Source of the DNA: a virus
Taxonomy: Duplodnaviria > Caudoviricetes
Length of the DNA stretch: 58,277 nt
Reading direction: 5' to 3' (one strand)
IMG/VR virus record: IMGVR_UViG_3300037493_003821
Span: 1 to 58,277 of that record
The translations under genes were made by a program, and so were the position numbers. The notes below the pieces were generated by a model. That model made no database searches, was not told the origin of the DNA, and saw nothing but the letters and a program-made list of their open reading frames with translations. Shown here in pieces: positions 1 to 9,200 of this stretch (position 1 is its first letter; each line of letters starts with the position of its first letter).

Positions 1-127
1 AGGCTGGTATTGCGAGCTATCGAAACTCCCGTATCGAGTATTCGCAGCGATGGAATCAGACGCCCGTTAGCCGTGAAGTGAATTACTGGCTCAAGCCGGA
101 TCGGAAAGACTATTTGGAGTTTGCGCC
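1..127. repeat. Terminal direct repeat copy 1 (circular assembly overlap)
   Basis: 1-127 is identical to 58151-58277, and an ORF reads through the junction in frame. Confidence 0.97.
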
Positions 128-1487
128 GATGGTCAGTTGGCAGAACATGGTGTTGTGCGGAACGTCGCCGCTAATTGCTTCACCCAACAACCCTGCATTC
201 GGGAAGCACCGATACTGTCGCGGCATGGTAGTGTTTGATGCTGATGCAATGTCCACGGCTGGACGAGACGGTTCTCCCGTGTGGCATGGGATGTGGAGCG
301 GGGTAAGACCTTGGGCGTTTTCGCAAGGCTACATCGGCAACGCCAACCGATGCTTTGCGTTCTCGTATGACAGGGATGGCAAGAATCGGCTTTACGAGTT
401 CACGCTTGCTGATGGGGATGATTTCTTTGAAGGGCAACCCAAGAAGATCGAAGGCAATTACACAACTTCCATGTTTGGGAATGTTGAAGGAGTCACCAAC
501 GCATTTGCGCCAAAGATTATCAACGGTGGCGTGATTGAGATGTCTGCCATTCGCAATGCGTCCAACTTTACCGTAGAGTATCGCCCTGATGGTTCGCCAT
601 GTTGGGTTTTTGTGGATCAAGGAAGTCCGGGATGCGATTGCCCGACAAGAGAAACCTGCGAAGAAAATCCAGAGCGTCCAATGACGGCTGCACCGCAATG
701 GGCGCGAAAGTATTTGCAGCAGGTTCCTTCAAACAAGTGCGTGCCGGGATCAATCCAACCAGCGAACAACTTTCATCATTGTCAGGTAAAAGTGAATACA
801 ATCGGCAGCTTCACGGTGGATCGAATGAACATCCGTTTCGAGATTCGTCCTGATGGTCAGATTGCGGAGTGCATGGGCAACAACTGTGCCCCGATTGATT
901 GCTGCCCGAACATTAACGATTACTCCTACTCGATTGCTCCTATTGGCGTGAACAACGAGATACCGAATCCACCTGAGTTGCCGGAAACGCTATACACAGC
1001 CACTAGGACGGTGCGTGTTTGCTGTTCAGACTTCCCGCTGATTTGCTACACGGCACAAGGGCAGGGCAGTTCGCTTATCAGCCAGATTGAGGCCGACAAG
1101 ATGGCGCAAGCAGCAGCGCAGCAGAACGCAAATGCTGGTCTGCAATGTCCAGAGTGCAGCACGGCAACACTGTCTGACACTTACGTTGTTTCCGGCGATG
1201 TGGTGGATTACAGCGAGTTCTTTGTGGCAGGAGAATACCTTGGATCAGTCGGTCAACCGATACGCCTTATTAACGTGCTTACCGATGCGCTGATAGTTGG
1301 AGGGATAGTGGATGAAACCGGAACGCTGGTAATTACTCAGCCATACGATTATCCCGATGGAACCTACAACACCACAACCAACATTTACACGGATGCCGGA
1401 GCAGGTAGCGCAAGGATTCAGCTTCAAATCGGATGCAGCTTTTTCGGTGATCCTACATGGCCGGAAGTCTTTCCATACGGAAGCTAG
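1..1487 (+). CDS. 3' part of tail tubular/nozzle protein (T7 gp12 / P22 gp10-like); full gene join(57274..58150,1..1487), ~787 aa
   Basis: The frame opened by ATG 57274 continues through the junction into ORF 78..1487. Size and position suit a podovirus nozzle; the C-terminal half is Cys-rich. Confidence 0.65.
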   Translation, partial: AGIASYRNSRIEYSQRWNQTPVSREVNYWLKPDRKDYLEFAPMVSWQNMVLCGTSPLIASPNNPAFGKHRYCRGMVVFDADAMSTAGRDGSPVWHGMWSGVRPWAFSQGYIGNANRCFAFSYDRDGKNRLYEFTLADGDDFFEGQPKKIEGNYTTSMFGNVEGVTNAFAPKIINGGVIEMSAIRNASNFTVEYRPDGSPCWVFVDQGSPGCDCPTRETCEENPERPMTAAPQWARKYLQQVPSNKCVPGSIQPANNFHHCQVKVNTIGSFTVDRMNIRFEIRPDGQIAECMGNNCAPIDCCPNINDYSYSIAPIGVNNEIPNPPELPETLYTATRTVRVCCSDFPLICYTAQGQGSSLISQIEADKMAQAAAQQNANAGLQCPECSTATLSDTYVVSGDVVDYSEFFVAGEYLGSVGQPIRLINVLTDALIVGGIVDETGTLVITQPYDYPDGTYNTTTNIYTDAGAGSARIQLQIGCSFFGDPTWPEVFPYGS

Positions 1488-1513
1488 ACATTAATTAAAA
1501 ATCAACGTATAAA
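1485..1513 (+). promoter_or_regulatory. Sigma70-like promoter, probably giving a leaderless mRNA
   Basis: TAGACA-N17-TATAAA, 6 nt before ATG 1520. Confidence 0.45.
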
Positions 1514-1519
1514 GAATAT

Positions 1520-2020
1520 ATGCCCACCAACACACAGATTGTAGCGACTCTTGGATGGACTGATGCGCCACCTGATCTCTCTTGTATTCCCGGCGATCTG
1601 AATGAACTCGGCAGGGTGATGGCGCAGTTCTTTAACGTCAATTCTACTACCAGCGAAATTGACACGGGTTCACAAAACTCGATTGCGCAGCAGGCACTTG
1701 AACAATCCGCTATTGCACTAGCTACGGCGCAAGAGGCGATTTCGGTTCAGCCGCAACTTAGAAGCAGCGGAGAACCGATACCACTAGCGACAGGAACATT
1801 TAACGAACTTCCGATTTCATGGACGCAACCAATGCCGGATACGAACTACATGGTGATCGGGACGTTCTACGGAGACACAGGAAATCTTGGAGCTCACAAA
1901 CCAACATTCCGTGTCATTACTGGAACGAGAACCACGACATCTTGCAGACTTGGAATGGAGGATATTCCGGTTGGTAAAAACTTTGCCTTCGCCTACCTGA
2001 TTCGCTCTCTGACACAGTGA
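1520..2020 (+). CDS. Small tail/structural protein with beta-rich C-terminal domain
   Basis: ISWTQPMPDTNYMV motif typical of tail-associated H-type-lectin-like domains; lies in the tail module. Confidence 0.45.
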   Translation: MPTNTQIVATLGWTDAPPDLSCIPGDLNELGRVMAQFFNVNSTTSEIDTGSQNSIAQQALEQSAIALATAQEAISVQPQLRSSGEPIPLATGTFNELPISWTQPMPDTNYMVIGTFYGDTGNLGAHKPTFRVITGTRTTTSCRLGMEDIPVGKNFAFAYLIRSLTQ

Positions 2021-2988
2021 AAACTCAACGCACCATAGTCAAAGACATTATAGAGGACATTGCGCCAATGGTGCTCGACAGCGGCGTATGCCCGACGACA
2101 CCGGAAGGGATTGAAGTCGTTCTATCGTTCTTGAACAAAGCCTGTTTTGAACTGCATACGCGCATTGATTCAGAGGGAACACTTTTTGAGTGGTATGTGC
2201 CAGTAGAGGAAAACTGCTTTGCGCTTCCGCAGGATTGCCGTGAAGCTCGTCAAATCGGCATTAACGGATTACCATTGCGCCAGCGGAGCGAGTTCTTCAT
2301 CGGCAAGGTTGCGACAGGCGGAAGCTACGGCGGTTGCGCCCCATACGAGTGCCGCGATCTCGGTGACTTCTATATCCCGAAATATCTACCCAAGACACGG
2401 GGTATCAGGATTGCGCTGGTAGCTACGGAAGATGCCGATGCAGGGAAAGAGGTTATAATTGAAATTACCAACGAACACGGGGTTCCCGTGCGTCAGACGT
2501 TGACGTTGCTAAAGGATGCGCTTCCCGTGGTAATGGATTCCGTTGCATTCGATGTCACGTTCTTCAAGAAGCCAAAGACAACTGGGCCTGTCTTGCTTCA
2601 ACTGCACTACGACGACGGGCAACGGTTCAACTTCTGCTCGTATCTACCGGATACAGAGGAAGGGCTATTCCGCAGGAAACAGCTTCCAGCGATGTGGTAT
2701 GGTTGCAACCTTGTCCGCATTCTCGGCAAAACGAGATTTGTGAAGATTGATTCCGTGGATCAGATTCTTCCGTTTAATCATCCAGTGGCAATCGGGTGGG
2801 CGTGTTCAGCGATTGCGGCATGGCGCAGGCGGGATGACGAGACGAACATAAAGCACATGAACCTTGCGCTGGAATCTTTAAAATCGCAGATGCGGGATGC
2901 CGACAGCGCAAGCAACGAGAAGCAGGTCAAGGTTCGCAGCAACTTCAACAACCCGTCTCTGGCAGGTAACTACAAACGCTGGTCATGA
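2017..2988 (+). CDS. Putative head-tail adaptor (tail tubular protein A-like)
   Basis: 323 aa in the tail module; helical N- and C-termini (FLNKACFEL; HMNLALESLKSQ) around a beta insert. Confidence 0.45.
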   Translation: MKTQRTIVKDIIEDIAPMVLDSGVCPTTPEGIEVVLSFLNKACFELHTRIDSEGTLFEWYVPVEENCFALPQDCREARQIGINGLPLRQRSEFFIGKVATGGSYGGCAPYECRDLGDFYIPKYLPKTRGIRIALVATEDADAGKEVIIEITNEHGVPVRQTLTLLKDALPVVMDSVAFDVTFFKKPKTTGPVLLQLHYDDGQRFNFCSYLPDTEEGLFRRKQLPAMWYGCNLVRILGKTRFVKIDSVDQILPFNHPVAIGWACSAIAAWRRRDDETNIKHMNLALESLKSQMRDADSASNEKQVKVRSNFNNPSLAGNYKRWS

Positions 2989-3518
2989 AGAAGCCTTTCA
3001 TCATTCTCGCCATGCCTCGCTCAATGACAGCGTGGACTTCCTGCTTCCTGACAATCGGCAACGTGTTTTGTCAGCATGAGATTCTGCGTAAAGACAGGCG
3101 CACGGATGTTGCGGTTCAGTCTATCCTCGGTCAGCCTTACAAGTATAGCGGGGCAGCGTGTCCAGGGTCGCTGATGGTGTGGCAGGAGTTGGTTCATCGG
3201 ATGCCCGATGCCAACTACATCTACATTCGCCGCTCTCCGGCACAATCATTGAAGTCATTGGCGAAAGTTGCGCAAGTGACAGAGGATATGATGGAAGTAG
3301 GGTATGAGCAACTGAATCAGAAGGCGCGGGAGTTCATGCAGGTTGCGGAGCCGAAGGTGATAGACTTTACAGAGCTTACCACGATGAAGGGGATGCGGAA
3401 GTTGTGGAATTGGGTTTGCCCCGAAGAACATTTGCCGGATCAACATTTAGTCAAGATGCACTCGCTGCACATCGAACAACGAAGGGAAATCATTCATGCA
3501 CAAGTATTGGGAAAATAA
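2985..3518 (+). CDS. Sulfotransferase-like P-loop protein
   Basis: FIILAMPRSMTAW (5'-PSB-like PRSxT), CQHE, YIYIRRSP. Confidence 0.6.
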   Translation: MKKPFIILAMPRSMTAWTSCFLTIGNVFCQHEILRKDRRTDVAVQSILGQPYKYSGAACPGSLMVWQELVHRMPDANYIYIRRSPAQSLKSLAKVAQVTEDMMEVGYEQLNQKAREFMQVAEPKVIDFTELTTMKGMRKLWNWVCPEEHLPDQHLVKMHSLHIEQRREIIHAQVLGK

Positions 3519-4047
3519 CGAATCACTCACTGAACCCGAAATGCGCCTGCTCGGTGCGCTTTATCATGCTCACGCGCAATGCGTGTTCCGTGAAAATTGC
3601 TCCACGATGGCACTTCAACAGGCGGCATTCGGAAGCCGTGATGTGGTCAATAGCTACATCGCCGCACTCGCAACGCTTGGCGAGGTTCACGGGCCGATTG
3701 TTGATGCTTACAAGGTCTTGGCGGGTGAGCGAACCAACGGCGACAGGGTTGCAGGATTCGGTAACAGCTTTATCAAGGGTGAGCCGGATGCCGCATTTGC
3801 GAAGGTGCATGAGTTGCTGAAAGAGCAAGCACCGCATCTCGTTGATCGGATTGAAAAGATTCAAGAAAACTTACTGCTTTCGGGCAAAAACCTGTTCCCG
3901 AATCCAGCGTGTTACACAGCGGCGGTTGCGCTGGCACTTGGGATGCCCGCTATCGTCGCTCCCTCTTTATTCGTGCAGGCGCGGATCGAGCCTTGGACGG
4001 TTCTCTTTTATCAAGTCGTTAAACCAAACGTGAAGGAGGAAAAATAA
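3496..4047 (+). CDS. Citrate synthase / citryl-CoA lyase-fold protein with altered catalytic residues
   Basis: CSTMA...AALATLGEVHGP...VAGFGN...FPNPACY...LFVQARIEPW follows the CS motif order. Confidence 0.65.
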   Translation: MHKYWENNESLTEPEMRLLGALYHAHAQCVFRENCSTMALQQAAFGSRDVVNSYIAALATLGEVHGPIVDAYKVLAGERTNGDRVAGFGNSFIKGEPDAAFAKVHELLKEQAPHLVDRIEKIQENLLLSGKNLFPNPACYTAAVALALGMPAIVAPSLFVQARIEPWTVLFYQVVKPNVKEEK

Positions 4048-4048
4048 T

Positions 4049-4939
4049 ATGGGCGCAATCATCGCCGGAGCCGTAATCGCAGCAGGAGGCGCAGCCTATG
4101 CTGCCAACGAATCATCCAAGGCATCCAAAGAAGCGCAATCCAGCATGGAGGCACTAGCTAAAAAAGGCCAGCTAGGCGATCCCGAATTGGTGGATTGGAT
4201 GAACGCTGGCAGGTATGCGACGGATCAGAATCAACAGAATTGGGGAAGAACCATGCGGCTCGCTGGCGGGGTGAACCGATTCCAGCAGAATCAGGCGTTG
4301 AAGGGCTACGAGAAGTTTCAGCCTTACTTCCGCCAGAATCAGGAACTCATCGGGCGCAACGCTGCATCATTTGCCCGTGGCGAGCTACCAAGCGATGTAG
4401 TTAGCAGCATTGGCAGGGCATCAGCGCAACGAGGCATCCAAGGCGGATTTGGCATGAGTCAAGGCGCAGGTGGTGGCGGCACGGCATTGGGTTCGCTGAA
4501 TCTGCGCAACCTTGGACTTTCATCGCTCGACCTGAGCAAATGGGGAACGCAATTCGCGCAGGAGGCGAACAAGGCGGGCGCATCCATGATGCCGGGACTC
4601 TTTGATCCAAGTAGCCAGTTCATCAACCCTGCTCTCGCGCTGAACGGGATGCAGTTCAACGCCAACGCAATCAATCAAACGAACCAACTGAATGCCGGAT
4701 ACGAGAACGCGATGGGCATGGGCATGATCGCCAATCAACAGCAATCGGCGTTGCAGCAGGGGCAGATGATACAAGGCGCAAGCAACACGGTTGCGGGGAT
4801 GATGGGGCAATATGCGCAGATGCAGCAGGCGCAGAAGATGCAGAACGGTTACAACCCGAACACAAGCAACATCCCAAATGCCGGAAACGTCCCAGGATAT
4901 ACCTACGGCGCGAACGGTTATTCACCGATCACCTCATAA
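4049..4939 (+). CDS. Ejection/pilot protein (P22 gp7 / T7 gp14-like)
   Basis: Gly/Ala-rich hydrophobic N-terminus MGAIIAGAVIAAGGAAYAA, Q/N/G-rich body, first of three ejection genes. Confidence 0.65.
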   Translation: MGAIIAGAVIAAGGAAYAANESSKASKEAQSSMEALAKKGQLGDPELVDWMNAGRYATDQNQQNWGRTMRLAGGVNRFQQNQALKGYEKFQPYFRQNQELIGRNAASFARGELPSDVVSSIGRASAQRGIQGGFGMSQGAGGGGTALGSLNLRNLGLSSLDLSKWGTQFAQEANKAGASMMPGLFDPSSQFINPALALNGMQFNANAINQTNQLNAGYENAMGMGMIANQQQSALQQGQMIQGASNTVAGMMGQYAQMQQAQKMQNGYNPNTSNIPNAGNVPGYTYGANGYSPITS

Positions 4940-4940
4940 T

Positions 4941-6263
4941 ATGCCACTAGGAATATCAGAAGGAAACCCGATGGCGATTGCCGCGATGAGCGAGCGATAC
5001 GGGGATCGCCTTGTCGGTCAACTCGCACAGGCTGGCGGCATGATCGAGAACGGGCTGAAAGCTGTAACCACGATGAAGGAGTTGCAGAGTCTTGGTCAGA
5101 ACCTTTCGCAGATTTCGCCGGAGTCACCGGACTACCAGCAGCAGTTGATGCAGTTGGGTGCAGCGCATCCGTTCGCCATGCAAGACCCGCGAGGGCAGGC
5201 GTTGGTCAGTATGGGCAATCAGCAGCATCTGCAATGGAAGAACCAGCAATTTGCGATGCAGCAAGCGGACAGACAGGAAGCACGGGCGGATCGGCGTGAT
5301 GAGGCATCATTTACAAGGCTCGGAAAGCGGGATGCTTCAATGCACGACTATCGTATGAAAGAAATTGATCAGCGATGGGGAGGAAACGGTGAAGGCGGGA
5401 TTGATTTTAGCGGAGGATTACCAACAAAAAATACGCCCGCATCCGGTTTTTCTGATGACACTTTAGGTGGAGCTTCGGCGGCGAATATGGGCGATCCATC
5501 TATGGTTCAAGCCGAACCGTCTCTTTTTATTGATGCAACATTAGAGGAACCCACTAGCCCGCCAGCCGGGTTTTCTGCCAGAGGTCAAGCGATGGGCGAT
5601 CCGAACGACAAGGAGCTTCAAGCCGCATACAGGGAGCGCGGAAGGATTGTTCAGCAAGCGTACGGGAATAGACCGCTTTCAAGGAAGGAGGTTGAACGAC
5701 TTGTAATTGCGCCAGTAAATAAGGAGCGTGCAGCGGGAGCTTCGGCTGATGATAAAGTGATCGCACAAGACAAGAGCTTGGCCGCTAGGAAGCAATCTGA
5801 AATTGATAAGCGCGAGTATGATACTCAGAAGCTCGAAAAGCTACAGAAAGCCAGCGTGGAAGCAGCAAAAACATTGGCAGATGCAAAAATAGAAGCGGCA
5901 AGCATTCTTGCTGCTGGCACGTTCACCGACATTCAGAAAGGGGAGTTGAAGCCCATGCAAGAAGAAATGATTCGTTCAATTAAATATGCCGATCTATTAT
6001 TGTTGAAGTTACGGGAAGCCGAACAAAGCGGCGAAGATTACCCGCAAATCCAGGCGCAGGCGACGGCGGCTAGAATTGCGGCAAATGAGTCCACAGAGCG
6101 TTACAAGAATTGGATGAAAGAAAATAATCGCGGGCGCACGACCAGCACGGGCAAGGTATTTAAAGATGAAGCAGATGCCCGCGCATCCGGTGCAAAGGCT
6201 GGCGACATAATTACTGCCATCAATCCTCAAACTGGAAAGCCAGCCCAATTTAGGATTAAATAG
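4941..6263 (+). CDS. Internal virion/ejection protein (gp15/gp20-like)
   Basis: ATG 4941 directly follows the previous stop; helical Q/A/E/K-rich; lies between the pilot and giant genes. Confidence 0.6.
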   Translation: MPLGISEGNPMAIAAMSERYGDRLVGQLAQAGGMIENGLKAVTTMKELQSLGQNLSQISPESPDYQQQLMQLGAAHPFAMQDPRGQALVSMGNQQHLQWKNQQFAMQQADRQEARADRRDEASFTRLGKRDASMHDYRMKEIDQRWGGNGEGGIDFSGGLPTKNTPASGFSDDTLGGASAANMGDPSMVQAEPSLFIDATLEEPTSPPAGFSARGQAMGDPNDKELQAAYRERGRIVQQAYGNRPLSRKEVERLVIAPVNKERAAGASADDKVIAQDKSLAARKQSEIDKREYDTQKLEKLQKASVEAAKTLADAKIEAASILAAGTFTDIQKGELKPMQEEMIRSIKYADLLLLKLREAEQSGEDYPQIQAQATAARIAANESTERYKNWMKENNRGRTTSTGKVFKDEADARASGAKAGDIITAINPQTGKPAQFRIK

Positions 6264-6267
6264 CCCT

Positions 6268-9200
6268 ATGGCACTTGAACTTCTGGACGAATCGCCCGCC
6301 TTGGCCGGAATGGAACTTCTGGATGAATCTTCCGCTATGGGCGGAATGGAGCTTGTTGACGAATCACCCAAGGAATCCATAACCCCGTCACAGGATTACG
6401 GCGGCGCAGGGACAGCAGGCAATGACGGACTTATTGAACCCGGAAACATAAATCTCAACAATCGCCCAAAGGTAAAAAATAAGGACGGGTCAATCAGCAC
6501 GGTTCGCTCAATCGGAATACAGGTTGATGGTAAGGAGTTTCTGATACCAACCGTCAGTGATGATGGGCGGATAATGAGCAACGAGGAAGCGGTTAATCAA
6601 TTCCGAACAACGAAAAAGCATTTAGGCGCATTCAAGACATCTGCCGATGCGGATAATTACGCTCGCAAGCTACATGATAGCCAAGCCGCGCAATACGTAG
6701 ATAGCGCAGGGACAGCAAACGATCCGTATCCTGTTACAGATTACGAGGCTCTACATCCGAATGTTCAGAAGTATCTAAAGGACAATCCAACGGTTGCTGG
6801 CATGGCGATGGGCGGAGGCGAAAATGGAACGGATGCGAATGAACCCCGCACCATTATTGTGAATCCTCACAATAAATATATGTCCGATCCGGTAAAGCGC
6901 GACGGACTGATAAAGATAGAGGCCGTAAGGCATCTTATGGGCGAGTCAGGATACAAGGCCAACTTCGCTGTCACGCCAAAGCAAAAGGAGTGGCAAAAGA
7001 CCCTTGGCGCATACGCCAATAATGATGAGGCGTTCAAGCACTCGATCATATCAAGATTAGTGGCGCATGATGATGTCCCTGATGCCACGCCAGAACAGAT
7101 CGCAGAGGCAAGAAGATTTGAGCTAGAGTTAAAAAAGAGAAAGCAGTCACCCGCACCAGCAACCGATCCATATCCCGCACCTCCTGCATGGATGGCTACG
7201 CCCGATCTGCCGGAAGCACCGCCAGAAGTCGCGCAGCAGGCACGGTATGCGCATGAATTGATGGGGCATGGCATAGACTCAATTACGCTCTCGTCAAAGC
7301 TGGATTGGAGTGGCGAGCTATCGCCGGAACAGAAGTGGACGGAACAGAACAGGCGCAGTGCCGAGGCTATGATTGAGCGGGATGAACTCAAGGCAAAGAT
7401 CAAAACCCCAAGCCGATTATCGCAGGAACCCTACAACCCCACATCTGCGCTCACGCCGGAGTATCGCGCTACGGCACAGGCAGAGGATCGTGTGAAGCAG
7501 TTGGATGCACAGATTGCCTCTCTCGAAGAATCCACAAAAAGCCAGACTGTCCTAGACTACGAGAAACGCGCCCGCGACAAGGAGAAGGAGCAGATGGATT
7601 TAGAGCAAATGCGAGAGCGCATTAAAAAAGAGATTTATGGCGAAGGCCCGAATCCTTTATGGGGAGGAATACTTTCACTCGGCGGAGCTTTAGCGGGTCA
7701 AGTGGGTGGCGCGGCTGCGTTCGTTACTAGAAACCATGAACAGGGATCGCTCGCCTACAATATGTCGAGTGTTGAGAATGAGATTAAACAGTATGTAGGC
7801 GTCAACGACAGCACAGCCAGCAGGATCGCCATGACTATCGGCCAAACGCTCGGATTGATTGTTGGGCCAACAGGGAAAAGCGGACTTGCCAGAAAAGCAT
7901 TTGGATTATCCACGGTGGCGAGGGCTGGTGTTCACGCCTACGGTTCTGCCCTTGCATCCGGTGCAGACGAAGGACAGGCGCAGAAATCAATGGTCATGTC
8001 GGTTGTGGAGATGGCTGCATTCCTCGGACTTGCACATAAGGGGAAAGGGGTGATCGAGGGTATTGTCGGCAAGCTATCCAAAGGTGCATCTCCGGCTGCG
8101 CTGGCAGCAGAGGAAATGCTGAAATCGGGTGTAGCGAATATGGGTGCAAGCGGTGCATTGCGATTCGCGCATGGCGAAGGATTCGCGCCTACGCTGGAAT
8201 CAACTGTAACGGATTGGACGTTTGCAGCGCATGGAGGGATGAACGCATTCGGTCAACGTCGGGCAGGTATGGCGGCTGTTGCGAAAGCTGACGCTATGCG
8301 GGGAACGCTATTTCCAGAGGGAGCTACCGAAGTTAAAACAGGTTACGATGCCGTTGTTCATACCGCTACAACCAGCGAATTGTTTTCAGCTTTAGTTAAT
8401 AGACAAAAAGAACTTGCACAAAAGCCAACCCGCACAAAAGCAGAGGAAAAAGAACTGAAAGAGCTTGATGCGGTTGATGGAGATCACCTTTCAATCAAGA
8501 AGATACTTGATGCCAAAGCGAAAGAGGCAGGGATACAGCGCGTCAGGGATACGGACAGAACGGAGTTTGAGCAGGCGATAAAAGAGAAAATCGCAGAACT
8601 GAAATCCCGCGAACTTGACGGACAGGAAGAAAGGCTATTGGAGACGCTGGAATCACAGCCAATAGAAGCTATCGCTACGATGTATGGCAAGAGGTTGTCG
8701 GAACCCGTATCCAGCCAAGCAGGGATGCAGCAGCAGCCGATCAACGTGAATGTTGTGCCGGAACCCGCACCTACTGCTAAAAAACCAGCAGCACCAGCCG
8801 CGACAGCCGCAAATCCGCTCCATGAGGCGGGAGCAGACAAGAACACCACGGCTATCAATGTTACCACGAAAACAGGAGATGCTGGAAATAGCAGAAGCAA
8901 TTCCATAGGTTTTTCATCCGAAGCGGAAGCAGCAAAATACATAGCAGAGGAACGCGCCAAGAATCCAGATGCAGTTATCACGGCATCAGGAGTGGATCAG
9001 TATGGGTTGAGCAAAGCGGAAGTAGCTAAAGCGGTAGATCGACTGAACGCTGAACCCGCGCCAACTGCTAAGAAACCAGCAGAACAAGACATAGACGCGA
9101 ACCGAGTTCCGCTGGCGTATAATGACAGGAGAGCATTACGCGATAGGGCGCAAGCAGCCGTAGATGCTTTGCCGCGAATGCAGCGAGTTCATGCTCAAAA

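Noticed and set aside
1-127. Terminal repeat as a biological DTR
   Set aside because: It falls mid-gene and 127 is a common assembler k-mer length, so it is best read as a circularisation overlap
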